From: Mesotaenium endlicherianum
Lineage: Eukaryota
Reading direction: 5' to 3'
Length of the DNA: 36,249 nt
Assembly: GCA_009602735.1 (NCBI GenBank)
Contig: WELA01002286.1
Coordinates: forward strand, 166,409-202,657
The notes beneath the pieces are model-generated. The model saw nothing but the letters and a program-made list of their open reading frames with translations, was not told where the DNA came from and made no database searches. The translations under genes were made by a program, and so were the position numbers. Shown here piece after piece: positions 1 through 12,558 of this stretch (within the stretch, counting starts at the first letter, position 1; each line of letters opens with the position of its first letter).

Positions 1-860
1 ATTTTCTTTCTGCAAACTGACCTGAGATTTCAAACTTCAAGCTATACCTGAAGTAGGCTATCCTATACCGCTCTGGCATTTTTTGGTGCTTCATCATGTT
101 CTCTTAAAACTCTTGAGCAAACTCACCAACTGAAATGGTCTGCTTCATTGTCAAGGAAATCATAGCATGAATAGCTTTCTCCTGTTGATTGATAACATCA
201 AATTTCTCATGCAGCTTCTCGACAAACTCTACCAAAGTAGGGTCACCGAGTTGTTGAGCCTTACGCTCACCATTCCAATACAGCTACCAGTCTGCTGTAC
301 TGCCTTTCAATAAAGCACCGGTGTGGCTCACTTTCCCGTAGTCTTGCAGTTTTGGGTAATAATCCAGCCACTGCTCAACATCCGCAAAAAACTTGATGAA
401 ATAATATTTGTTGTTTCCCTCAGGGTCATAGTCCTGAGGAGGTTGTGGCTTAGGTTTACTACGCCCTCTGTCGCTACCAGCAGTGGTTTGAGAACCCAGT
501 TGGCTTTATCACGCAGCAATGCCATCATGATCCTTCTGTCCTCTTGTTGGGACTGATACATGCTCACCATTCGCGATTGCGTTTGCACAAATGCAGCTTC
601 TAGATCTACATTATGAGTTGGTAGCCCAGCAAACGTAGCAGCAGTAACATAAGCTCGATTAGTAGCAGCTTCGGCATTCTTGATTGCTAACGATCCGGCT
701 GATCCTGTTGCATTCAGTTGTCTGCGAATGTGAGGGAGAGGTATAACTGTAGGCACAGCAGGAGGTTGGAATCCGAGATTGGCCCTCTCTACCATCTGCT
801 CTTTCACCGTCCTTTTATCAGGGGCCCTTCTTTTTACTGCCTCTTCCTCTTACGTTCCGA
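1..860 (-). pseudogene. gag: Degenerate Gypsy gag fragment, paralog of the gag at 4455-5924; runs off the window start
   Basis: Clear nucleotide similarity to ~4870-5680 (e.g. tcatgcagcttctcgacaaactc vs tcatgcagtttctcgacaaactc). Peptides such as KRTVKEQMVERAN and QSQQEDRRI match the paralog. Contains frameshifts and stops. Confidence 0.85.
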
Positions 861-864
861 TTTT

Positions 865-1163
865 TGAGTCATCTTGCTCAATCATAAAGACAATGCAGTC
901 AGTGAAGTCATGATACTTTGCCACTACTGAATGCCCGTGGTAAAGAAGTACGTGATAGGGAGAGTCCCTAGTGTGTAGTACCTTGTGTGAGTGAGTATAA
1001 GCAAGAATTGAGTTGGTGACAAAAAGTGAGTTTGAACGCAAGTTGAGTGTGTAGAATGGTTATAAAATTCGCTTGGCTGGTCTCGAGACGGAACACACTC
1101 CCCCCAACTTATTTTAAAGGTGGGCTGCCTGTCACAACTGTCACTATCTGTCACTAACTGTCA
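865..1163 (-). repeat. Probable 3' LTR (~300 bp) of the chromovirus-type element
   Basis: On the minus strand it starts TGACAG directly after a purine tract (GGAGGGGTATA, 1164-1174) downstream of the chromodomain, and ends ...GACTCA. It begins with 4 tandem copies of a ~10-bp TGACAG-containing unit (1129-1163). Confidence 0.6.
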
Positions 1164-1256
1164 TATACCCCTCCGACTTATATGGAGACAGGCTCTCCTG
1201 TCACCTGTCCATGTCCACTGAAATGTCAGTTAGGGAGGGGTGCCAGCCGCCCGAAG

Positions 1257-4200
1257 GTGGAACCGTTTCAACGCCCCCTTGGCATTTGTCAGCTGGTCTT
1301 TAAATTCCCAAGTGTCCCCAGAGGCATCGTAACCCTTCCATCTGACCAGGTACTTTATGACATAATTAGATGATCGACGGATGGAGCGAGTGTCTAAAAC
1401 CTCCTCGACCTCATATTCCTCAGGGTCACCATCCCGGACAGCGGGGACCGGTCCCGGTTGGACAGGTAACCAGCCAGTGAACAGTGTGTCTCCATTAATT
1501 TATGGTTCTAGGAAGGAGACATTAAAGACTGGGTGACCATTGTATTCTGCTACTATGTTCAATTTGTAAGCATTCTGACCGACACGGCGCACCACCAAAT
1601 ATGGACCGACCTAGACAGCACCAAGCTTTTTGTTGACCACACCAGGTGGGTACAGGTGCTGAGAATGCAATTTGACCAAATCGCCCTTAGAAAAAGTCAG
1701 TTCTCAACGGTGCTAATTAGCGTACTTTTGTTGGTTTTCTTGGGCTTTGTGCACGTTCTGTTGGAATTCTGACAAGGTGTCAGGAAACTCCTGGGTGAAC
1801 TGGAGGGAGACCGAATTGTCAATTCCTTCAGGGTGTGTTAAAGACTCCCCTAGTACATTCATAGGAGACTTAGGGACTCTACCCAGGTTCAATTCGAAAG
1901 GAGTCTTGCCCGTTGACGCGTGCATTGCACTGTTGACCGCAAATTGGATTTGAGGTAACAGGTCATTCCAATTATCTTGTTATTGGTCAATATAGGCTCT
2001 CAGTACCTCTTGCAGAACGCGGTTAGTTCTTTCAGTCTGCCCATCAGTCTGAGGGTGGTTTGCTGTGCTGAGCAGCTATTTGACTCCCATTAAACCCATT
2101 AGAGCTCTCCATAACTTAGAATATATTTTGAGTCTCTGTCTAAGATTGTATTAGAGGGTAGCCCATGTTGGCATACTACATGGTTGTAGAACTGTCTCGC
2201 TGTTTCGAGTGCAGTTACTTTGACAGTTGTGGGGATGAAAATGACCATTTTTGTCAATTTATCCACTACTACCAGTATCGAATCATGCCCATTGGTAGTT
2301 CGTGGCAGTGTTACCACCCAATCCATGGATATTGTTACCTAGCGTCGAGCTGGGATGAGACCCCCCCGATGGTGTGTGCCTAGACTTATTTCTTTGACAT
2401 TGATCACAAGACTTAACATATTTTAAGACCTCTCGAGGTAATTTCTCCAAATGATAATATTTTGCCAATTTGCCAACAGTTTTGGCCTGCCCCAAATGCC
2501 CACCCAGTAAATTGTCATGTGCTTGACTCAATAAAAGGGACCTTATTTTCAAGTTATTAGGAAAGACCAGCTTCAGCCTGCCTGAAGTGGTTTTAGTCAC
2601 CCAAGCCCCTCCTGTAAGCTTAAACCCGAGTGTTGTAGCAAGACACACACCATCAGTGGGGCTGGGCTCAAATGTTGGGTCAGAAAGGTAGGCTTTTCTA
2701 AGTTGTTCAAGGTAGGATTTTTTGACCTTTAGTGAAGTGAGTGCACAAAGGACTTTTTCTACAAAACTGACTAAAGTTCCTTTCTTGCAAGTCAGGTCTT
2801 CTAGAGAGTGCATTCAGGATTTAACTTCCCTGGTTTGTAGTCAATCTGGACTTCGGAGACGGATTATGGTACAGGCCAGTCCTTTATGATCTAGACTTTC
2901 TTGGGATCCACACTGATGCCTTCTTTGCTGACAACGTGGCCTAGAAATTCAATACTTTCCTTAGAGAAATCACACTTGCTCATTTCTGCATACAATTGGT
3001 TTTTTCTGAGAGTGTCCATGACTGTCTATTAGTGTTCAGCATGCTGAGGTTCATCTTTAGAGAAAATTAGAATGTTATCCAGGAAGACTTGCACAATGTT
3101 ATCCAGGTAAGGTCTGAAAATGTCATTCATAGCACCCATGAAGGTGCAGGAGCATTAATTAACTTAAATGGCATCACGTTGAACTCATAGGGTCCATAAC
3201 GTGTGCGGAAGGCAGTATTGTTTTCATCGCCCTCAGCAATTCTAATTTGAAGATAACCACTCTTGAGATCTATCTTACTAAACACTTTAGCACCAGACAG
3301 GGTATCAAGCAAGTTTTTGATTCTAGGTAAAGCATACTTGTTCTTTACTCTAATTTTGTTAAGAGCTGTGAAATCAACGCACATCCGCATACTCCTATCC
3401 TTTTTCTTAACAAAGAGGATGGGTGCGCCAGAAGGTGATTTTCTGGGGGAAATGTAATCATTTTCCTCAAGCTTTGCAATCTGTGTTTTCAACTCTGCGC
3501 TCTCCACATAAGACAGGCCATAAGTGCATTGCCAGGATGGCTGTCTCCCAGGTAGTAAGTCAAATCTGTCATCCACTTCCCTCTTAGGAGGTAGTCCTGG
3601 AGGCATATATAAAACATCAGTGTACTGAGCAATAATTTTTGCAGCAGTAGGGTGCTCCAGAGGGCTTACCTTTTTCTCAACCACTTCTTCAGGTTGAGGA
3701 GGTACCTCTCTTAGCAGCAGACAGAACATTCTGTCTTTCTTCTGGGTCCAGCTTTCCATGAACTCTATTGCATTCAGCAATATGCATCCTCTTGGAAGCC
3801 TCTTCTTTTCCTTCCTTTGCCATCCATACAAGACAAAAGGAAGAGCACTGGCTCATCACTGGCTCCTCTCACTTTAAGTGTACCTCTGCTCCCACAAACT
3901 TCAGCTTGATGTCTATTAAGCTAGGATTTGCCTTGCACGAGATCATAAAAGCCAGTGATGAGTACCTCAAAGGTAAGCGTTTCAGTTTGAACTACAATGC
4001 ACAAACCTAACAGGACCTCAATAGGCTTGATTATAATTCCTCCCGGGATACTTGAGGCATCTCCAATGAATTTTTTTCCATTCTCTTGGGTGACAGACAG
4101 TATGCAGACTTAGCTGCTTAACTAAGTCCTTATGGATAAAAGTATGTGACGCCCCTCCGTCAACAAATGCCCTCACCTTCGTACCTGCAATCATGCAATG
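1257..4200 (-). pseudogene. pol: Decayed Gypsy (chromovirus) pol: protease, RT, integrase, chromodomain; RNase H missing
   Basis: Protease VRAFVDGGASHTFI (~4135-4180). RT motifs [18 protein letters not shown] and [12 protein letters not shown] (ORF 3127-3831), plus [10 protein letters not shown]. Integrase HDNLLGGH..CDQCQ, MDWVVTLP, LVVVDKLTK, ILDRDSK. Chromodomain EYEVEEVLD..YLVRWKGYDASGDTWE (~1257-1421). Many stops and frameshifts. Confidence 0.9.
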
Positions 4201-4454
4201 CAGTAGGATAGCGGGGACTGTTTTTTCCTGACTTTTGCATTGTTCTCCTGACTTTGCAAAGAAATGTTGGACATCAGCTGGAACAAGAGCATCCAGAGTG
4301 TGCACTCTCTGGGTGTCTATATTGCTGATGGTCTCCTTTATCTGGTTGTCAGGCATGCATAGGGAATCCAGTTTAGCAGGAACCATAATACCTGCTACGA
4401 GGGCAGCTAGGGAGGACTCACTATCTCTAGCATCCTCACAGTCAGTAGACTGGA

Positions 4455-5924
4455 TTACTGACTGTTGTCTTTTAAAGGCTTGTCTTTTCTCTCGTCCTTG
4501 GAGAGGTGCTTGACTGAGCACTGCTCTCCGAAGTGACCCGTCTGCTGGCAATGGAAGCAAACAAATTTTGTTGAGGCTGGTCTCGGCTTAGTCCTACCAC
4601 CACCTCTTCCATAGCCGCCTCGGGAGAAACCATCTCTCTCTCTAGACTGCATAGCACTATATTCATATTCATCACCCAAATCATCCTCAACCTGGTCTCC
4701 TTCAATTGCATTGTAGGAGCCGTGGGGCTTTTTGACAACCTTAGACACCAAAGCATTACTCTGGCGCTTATGATTAAATTGCTGCTGATCCCAGGCATCA
4801 GCATCTCGAATCAAGTCAGCCAGTTTCTCGTATATCTTTTCAGCAAAATGACCAGAGACTTCGACTTTCAAGCCAAACCTGAAGTATGCTATCCTATGCC
4901 GCTCTGGCAAGTAGGGCTGCTTCATCATTTTCTCCTGGAACATTTGAGCAAACTCAGCAACTGAAGAGGTCTGCTTTAGTGTCAAGGAGATCGTTGCATA
5001 GATATCTTTCTCCTGCTGATTGATTATATCAAACTTCTCATGCAGTTTCTCGACAAACTCTATCCAAGGAGGGTCACCGAATTGTTGAGCCTTACGCTCT
5101 CCTTTCCGATACAGCCACCAGTCTGCTGCACTGCATTTCAGTAGAGCACCAGTGTGCCTGACCTTCTCATAATCTTGCAGTTCTGGATAGTTCTCCAGCC
5201 ATTGCTCAGCATCAGCAAGAAAGTTGATCAGGTAATACTTTTTGTTCCCCTCAGGATCATAATCTTCGGGAGGTTTTGGCTTGGGCTTAGTAGGCCCTCT
5301 GCCACCACCACCAGTGGTTTGAGAACCCAGTTGGTGTCCGTCCCGCGGTAGAGATATTATGATTCTTTTGTCCTCCTGTTGGGACTGATTCATGCTCGCC
5401 ATTTGCGATTGCATTTGCACAAACAATGCTCCCAAATCCACACTCTGAGGTGGGAGTCTAGCAAATGCAGCAGTAGCAAAGGCATTTACTCGCTTAGTAA
5501 TGTCCTCAACAGTCCCTCTCGCTTTTGCAGCAGCAATTTATGCCGCAATTAGGCGGTCACGAATTTGACCCAGGGGCACATTGAGTTTTGCAGCAAGAAG
5601 TGGGTTCGAAACATTGGCCCTTGATGCTATAAGTTCTTCGACAGTGCGCTCGTCCACTGGGTGTCCTTCCCTCCTTTTTGTATCTTCAGCAGCCTTTGCC
5701 AATTGTTCAGCTTCTAATCTGGCTCTCTCCTCCTCAGCCTGCTGTGCTGCGACTGCGGCAATAGCAGCTGCCTCATCTGCAGCCTCTCTAGCTGCAGTAT
5801 CTGCCTCTGCTTCAGAATAGGTACGGGTTCCCGCTACATCGCTCTCCGCCCGGTTTTTGACATTCTCGTTATCCTGGTTCTCCATGTCTCGGGAGTTGCT
5901 AGTTTGAGACCTTGTCCTTACCAT
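4455..5924 (-). pseudogene. gag: Gypsy gag (interrupted) with CCHC zinc knuckle
   Basis: ORF 5538-5924 has an MVRTRSQ start directly after the PBS. ORF 4455-5441 has PKPPEDYD, AADWW, capsid-like FRFGLK and knuckle CFHCQQTGHFGEQC. Confidence 0.88.
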
Positions 5925-5945
5925 ACAAAGAAGACTGTGATAATT

Positions 5946-5957
5946 GCTCCGATACCA
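5946..5957 (-). promoter_or_regulatory. Primer-binding site, tRNA-Met type
   Basis: Minus strand reads ...CATTTCA-A-TGGTATCGGAGC, near-identical to the canonical iMet PBS TGGTATCAGAGC. Confidence 0.85.
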
Positions 5958-5958
5958 T

Positions 5959-6675
5959 TGAAATGAATCGACTTACCAAGTAGACGATTAACAGTCAATG
6001 AAGATCTTTATATCAGCAACTAATCTTTATGGTATTTTCTGCTAATTGATTAAACAGCAAAAGACAACACACCAGCAGTGAACAATACTCGTAAGTCAAA
6101 TAGAAGTAAATTGGCATTAATAATGCAATCAGTGAAGTCACATATAAGCAAGGCTAGGAGGCAGTGCATATCAATAGCTTCTTGCTTTGGATTCAGATCC
6201 CTCTCAGTAAGCTGTACAAGAGAGTTGGCCTCGTTTCCGAATGCCAAACTCAAGGGCAATACCTAGTATATGTACATGGAATAAGTTTACTGTTCAACGA
6301 CCAGTGCGATGGCACCGCCTACCCGGGAGTTAACCACGTTGGTAGGACCTCAGTTAACCAAATCCACCGCCATCTTCCATCATCCTCAATCGCCATCCAT
6401 CCTAAGGATGTCATCTGGCCATTCATCTAGCACACCACACTTGGATGCATATCTAGGCAGTTCGCTGCTACCGAGTACAAAAGTCAGCTGGCTGTCAAAG
6501 AACGTGTCATCAAGCTCACCTACTAGACTTCAGCCTGCTACTCCCAGCTGAATTATTAAGCTGGTATTTATATCAAGTCCAGCAGGCTCAATACTATCTA
6601 AGTTGAACAGGCTGAACTTATTTAACTATCATATTTGAATGAATATTATATGTACTAATATACTAATTCATTACG
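5959..6675 (-). repeat. 5' LTR (family 1)
   Basis: Minus strand runs CGTAATGAAT (TG start apparently mutated) to ATTCATTTCA, followed by the PBS. It shares termini and an internal block (6316-6364) with the solo LTR at 19106-32281. Confidence 0.75.
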
Positions 6676-9600
6676 CACAGGATGCAAACCTTTGCCCTGG
6701 TCCTGGGGAAGAACGGCTCCCACTGCCAAATTTTAAATGCGTCCGTGATAATGGTGAAAGGAAGCTCTGGATTGGCAATTGCCAACACAGGTGCTTGTGT
6801 CAACAGCTCTTTAATCTTCTCAAAAGCTTGCTGCTCCTTGTCACCCCACAGCCAATTCTACTGCTTCTTCAACATGTCCGTGAGCGGTGCACTCAAATTT
6901 TCAATGAAGCGTCAATAAGAATTTGCCATGACGAGGAAGCTCCTGAGTTGATGAATACCAACAGGTACCGGCCAATCTCTGACATCTTGCACCTTTTTCT
7001 GCTCCACCTTGACTCATTCAGCTCCCACTATATGTCCAAGAAACTCGACCTCCTTGAGACAGAAGTCGCACTTGCTCATCTTCCCATATAGCTTTTGGTC
7101 TCTCACGACCTCCAACACCTTCTTGAGATGCTCCACTTGCTCCTCCAAGATCTTTTAATAGATCAAGATGTCGTCCAAAAATACCACCACAAACTGGTCC
7201 AAGTAGGGTTTGAAGATATTATTTATGAGTCTCATGACTGTAGCAGGTGCACTGGTCAACCCAAAAGGCATGACTGTGAACTCGAGCAAGCCATAGCAAG
7301 ACCTGAAAGCAGTCTTCTGAACATCTCCTTCCGCAACTCGTACCTAGTGATAGCCACTCCTCAAATCAATCTTCAAGAAATATTTCGCCCCGACAAGCCT
7401 TTCAGTCAACTCATCCACTCGTGGAAGTGGGTACTTGTTCTTGATAGTGACCTTGTTGAGTGCCTGGTAGTCGACACACATCCTTATGGTCTTATTCTTC
7501 TTCTTCTCAAATACAAATGGCGCGGCAAATATGGACTCGCTGGGTTCGATGAATCCCTTCTCCAATAACTCTGTCAGCTGCTTTCTCAACTCATCCAACT
7601 CCGCAAACGATTATGGATAGGCGGGTCTCACTGGTGGCTTGCTCCCCAGTTCCAACTGAATCTTGTGCTCCATAGCTCTCTGTGGAGGTAATGCTGCAGG
7701 TAGCTCCTCACGAAAAACGCTCTTGAACTCCTCCAACAGCGCCTTAATTTGGGCAGGCATCTTAGGAGGCTTCTTCTTCTCTTCAACAGTTTGGCTCTGC
7801 GCCTTCTGAGCAAGGGGATCAGATACCACTACTTGCTCCTCTGGCAACGCGCGCTCGCCCAGGCTTTTAGGATTCAAGCTTCCTCCATCTGGTGACTGGG
7901 CCAGGGCCATCGAAACAAGGTACATCTCCTTCACGTGATTCGCCCTGCATAGCTTCTTAACTTGCAGGCCCCACAAAAGACAGGTACTTGTGGTTGTATT
8001 TACCTCCACCTGTTTTGTGGTAGGGACAGAGTGCTTTAGTGGAAGCGCAGTAACTCACAAGAAAAGGAACTAGTTGCAATCATACTGAAGAGTGCAGCGG
8101 CATATCACTAAGAAAGCTTGAGAAAATAACTGAATATTTTGAGTAGCAAGAAACTGCTCAAAGTTGATGTAGGATGCAAAGTCTTGTCATTGCAAACCCG
8201 TAGAAATTTACAGAATTGAAAATTGATACGAAATGAACAAGTTATGCCTATTTATAGTTTTCTGCCTAAGTGCTCCTCTATAGGAGGAAGCTACGAAATT
8301 TATTGAGTGTTTGTCAAATCGTCCCTTCCAGAATATTCGTGAGTAGGCCAAATTAGTCTTACTTGACATGTCGTGTCGAATTGACGTCCACATACATGCA
8401 TCGACATTACTAGAATATTCTATCTTAGGCGCTCTAGGATAAATCGAAACTTCTAGGTAAATCGACCTAGTCAACACTCCGCGTTAGCCAGACTTACGTG
8501 AAGCTTCGAGTTCACTCTAACGGGCCAGATTGCTCGACGCTGTCGGTCAATCCGACGGTTGCGCTCACCGCGAATTAAGGACAGTGGTAAACTGATCTCA
8601 AATCTAATAAAACTTCAGAATTTCATAACGCTCTCAATACTCAACCACATTTAATGGACTTTATATCAAAATGACCACAAACATTCACTCTACTCTTCTA
8701 TGCAATCAAAACAATCCTTGATGGAACTCAAAAATGCACTTTATAAACCTATGACCTTACATTCGCTGTCTCAATTCGACCATCACGCCCTTGGACTTTC
8801 ACTTGTCCCGTGCTCCAGTGCACTTGAGGGTTGGCTTTCCTCAGCCGTGGTCGGCCCTATATCACCTCATGGTGACCTAACTCTACCTGCTCCATAACTT
8901 CCTTACTGTGGTGCCTTGCTACTTCCACGTGAATAGATTCCGTAGGTGCACCTCACTTGAGTCTCTGCCCATTCGCCAAAATTGCCTCCTTAGGCTCATA
9001 ATGCTTTTGCACAGGGATTTGCCACTCTTCCACTAGCTTCTTAGACACAAAGTTTGCACTTGCGCCACTGTCAACCATACACTTCGCCTTGTTGCCGTCA
9101 ACTACTCCTTCGAGGATAATAGGCTTGTCAACATCTTGTCTCTCGCTTCTTCGACAGGCTCCTGGGGATAACCTCCTTGTGAGCTCTCATTTTCATGCCA
9201 GTTGGCACCCCATAACGACTGATTGGCGTCCTCCTTTTTCTTGCTATTGAGGTTGCGTCGCTTTCACAATACAGCCTCAAGCCAGATGTCCAAGCTTGCC
9301 ACAATCAAAACAGGATCCTCTCGACTTGTAATTCTGCTGCCTCTGCTGGTTCTGTTTCTGCTGCCTTTGCTGGTTCTGAACAAGTCCCAACTCCATAGGT
9401 ACTGGGCCTTGACCACTTGTGCTTAGCGCTTGAGATCCAAAGTGTCGATATCCTTCAAAGTTGTGGTTGCCCCACTGCTTTTGACTATACTCCACAGCGT
9501 CGACCCTCGTCGCCAATGCCATCATTTCTCCAAGCTAGTGGGGTCCTTGAGCGCCACTTCCTTGGCCACAGTTGGCTTGAGTCCGCTCTTGAACTTGTCC

Positions 9601-10187
9601 TTCATCTATGACTCGTGCATGGATGGACATTGAAGCACCAACTCAATGAAGCGCAATACATACTCCTGAACGCTTCCTCGTTGACGAAGGCGCACCATTA
9701 GATCTCGAGCAATAGCCTAAGGTGCAATAGGTTGAAATTGCCTCTTCAAGCCTTCAAAGAGTTGATCAACCGTAGCAAAAGCTCCAGACAGCTGCTCCTC
9801 TTGCTCATACTAAGCTCTAGCACTCTTCCTAAATAAGGTAATCACAAAGGCGTCTTGCATGTCGGGCGTTAGCGCAGAATTCTCCTTAAATCCATAAACT
9901 TCTTCACTCCAAACATACATTGATGAACATGCAACGATCCACGCTCTCTAGTATACACTTCAGGCTTAGGCGCACGCACTCCCGATGCGGGTGAAATATT
10001 TGGTTGTACCACTAGATTAACATGGATTGGTGGTACAATAGGTGCAAGTGCCGAACACGCCGGAGCGGCGTTCCCAACAACAATTTGCACCATTCTGTCC
10101 ACCTCCGCGCGCATACTTTGTTGAAACTGGGTGTAGTTTTCTCCTCCAATAGCATTGCCATTTGCCTTAGCATTGCCTGCATCTCTC
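6676..10187 (-). mobile_element. Decayed Gypsy family 2, copy 1: gag-protease-RT-start of RNase H, truncated at both ends and interrupted by a solo LTR
   Basis: Gag PKPEVY, GPVPMELG and CFDCGKLGHLA. Protease MVDSGASANFV (~9050-9080). [36 protein letters not shown]. Colinear with 15580-18325. Confidence 0.88.
8018..8761 (-). repeat. Solo LTR of family 2 with 4-bp TSD (TTTG/TTCG)
   Basis: TG...CA termini; homologous to the LTR pieces at 18456-18528, 18529-19105 and 32282-32465. Removing it plus one TSD copy restores cacctgtttcgctgtc, matching the uninterrupted paralog cacctgttttgctgtc at ~16910-16925. Confidence 0.85.
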
Positions 10188-10587
10188 TTTCGCAGCAAGT
10201 GGCTAGTTGCTGCTGCTGTGTGGTGTGGACGAGCGGGCACCTGGTTGCCTTCCCCCCTCCACCTCGCTTTCCTCTCTTCTCTCTCTTCCTTCCTATTAAC
10301 AAGGCTGGTCAAAGCTGATATTATTCTCTGGACGGAGCCAAGTATAATGTGGCGACGGGAGCGCCGCAGCTATGACAAGGATCGCAGTGGCCCTCCCACG
10401 CCTTGTATGTACATGGTGTGCCCATGTTGTTGCAGCAGGGCTCTTCTGCTGAGGCCGCCGGGTGCAGTGTCGCCCGGGCATGTTTTCCATTCCTGTCCTC
10501 CTTTTCCCCCTTTTCTCGCTGACATTGTGCCCACTGCCTTTGGGCTCGCTACCCCTCTCTGGGTGCGCGGGCGGAGCGACACTGCAG

Positions 10588-11280
10588 CATGCGGAGGCGA
10601 TGAAGGAGCTGCTGAAGCACTTGTGGGCCACCTACCCCATCACCAACCCCGTACTGTTGCAGAAGGTGTGCCCCCCCCNNNNNNNNNNNNNNNNNNNNNN
10701 NNNNNNNNNNNNNNNNNNNNNNNNNNNNNNNNNNNNNNNNNNNNNNNNNNNNNNNNNNNNNNNNNNNNNNNNNNNNNNNNNNNNNNNNNNNNNNNNNNNN
10801 NNNNNNNNNNNNNNNCCCCCCACTCCTCCCCTCCTGCATCCGGTCCCCTCTCCCTGCGCCGCCCCTCCAGTGCAACGTGCAGCATCTGCTGCCAGCTGCG
10901 TTGGAGCCTGGCACGCCACGAGGTGGGGGGAGCTACATCAGCATTGTATGTGTAAGCACGGCATAGGTCCTGTCGATGAATGGAGCATGGCGTGGGTCTT
11001 CACATGCGCGCGCGCGCGCATGTGTGTGTGTGTGTGGGTGTGCAGGCTGAGCGACACAAGGATGGGGTGGTGAAGCTGTACGACAGGCTGGAGGTGCACA
11101 CTTGCTCTCCCTCCCTTCTCACCGGCTCCCCCCGTTTCCCCCCCCTTTTCTCTCTCCCTCCCTCCCCCCCACATACAAGGAAACACGCACACAGACTCTC
11201 ACACAATCCTCTTTTGGGTGGGTGTCCATGCCTGACAATGCAGAAACTCAAGGGCGGCGCGGCGGGCGATGTCCAAGGCT
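10588..11280 (+). pseudogene. TFB1: Exons of a probable TFIIH subunit 1 (p62/TFB1/GTF2H1) C-terminal region; likely a fragment or pseudogene
   Basis: Phase-0 exons 10588-10665 (HAEAMKELLKHLWATYPITNPVLLQK) and 11046-11093 (AERHKDGVVKLYDRLE), both AG/GT-bounded, then 11244- (KLKGGAAGDV) after an AG acceptor, splice in frame. They resemble, from memory, the plant TFB1 motif ELLRHFWSSYPIT...KLKDAM...YSKLE. A possible degenerate upstream exon starts at 10304. Confidence 0.55.
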
Positions 11281-12394
11281 GGTGAGCTCATCCCTGAAGC
11301 GGCCTGGCTGGCGGCAAGCCTTTAGAGTTTCTTCTGCAGCTTCAATTCTTGCAACCTCGCCTGCCGTGCTCTTCTCCAGCAGTACAGGAGGAGCCGGGCC
11401 GGGCCCTTTGGATCAAGAAGCTTGAGCGTAGTCACCTATTGATGCCTGTTGCTGTTCTGGGCGTTGCCCTTTTCATGGCTTACGCTTAAACTGTTCAACA
11501 CCACGGGTTGGCTAGCTCGCAAAACCAAGTCAGTCCACTGACTCCCTCGTAGACAGGGAAAAAGCGAGGGGGTGAACATACCTAGGCTCTTACTCCTCCC
11601 CGCCGAAATATTTTGCCAACAACAGTTTCGCATCTAGTACGTGTAGGAGCCGATTAGTTGCCAATTAAGATGGTCATTCTATGGTTGTATATGCTGCAAA
11701 GAGTTCCTCCAGCCTTTCAAAGTAGTTGCAATTGCAAGCCCATGCACGAGAGAGCGTGGGCCCTCACACATTGAACGCAAGTCTCTCAATCCAAGCTTTG
11801 ATAGTGATGGCGTGTCGGTGCAAATGCATCTCAAGAAAAATGGTGTGTCAAGTAGGATCTCGTGCAAAATTGTGTGGCACGTCATTTATGCGTGTAGGGC
11901 CTACGTGGACGCCATTTATAGGTGCAAGTGGTAAATTTGCAATTAGTTTGGAAGTAAGTGGTAGATTTGCGATAAACAAACTTGGGAGTGATAGTCTTGC
12001 AATTTACCCAATTGCATACATCTTTTGTAAGCACGAGAAGGTGTTAAGACACACATAACGATGTACATTTATACATGCATACTCACACGCGTGTTTGCAT
12101 GCAAGCATGACAAGTTTGCATATGAATCTGTACATGTTGTGAAACTGAGCCTACAAGAGAGCAGGCGTGTGCAAGGTCAACTTGTTGCGTGTATATGCAT
12201 TCACGACGAGCGCGCGAGAGCTTTTTAATGTGAGTGCGTATCAATGCGCTTAAGTGCGTGTATATGTGAGGGGGCGGACAAAATGTTCAAGATTCATTGA
12301 CCGTACGCAAGACCAATTCATTGAAGCCACAATGCAATAATAAATTTATGAATGTACATTATAATTGTATATTTGTGTACAAATATATGTATTT

Positions 12395-12424
12395 AGAGAG
12401 AGAGAGAGAGGAAGAGAGAGAGAG

Positions 12425-12495
<71 letters not shown>

Positions 12496-12498
12496 NNN

Positions 12499-12555
<57 letters not shown>
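12395..12555. repeat. (GA)n microsatellite containing a 3-nt N gap
   Basis: Direct reading of the sequence. Confidence 0.98.

Positions 12556-12558
<3 letters not shown>

Noticed and set aside
6164..6551. Short ORFs sharing AYPGVN..GRTSV with ORF 31373-31624
   Set aside because: The similarity reflects related non-coding LTR sequence, with no evidence of a protein.
10155..11073. ORFs of 200-266 aa
   Set aside because: They span an N gap and intron-like low-complexity sequence; only the short exons are supported.
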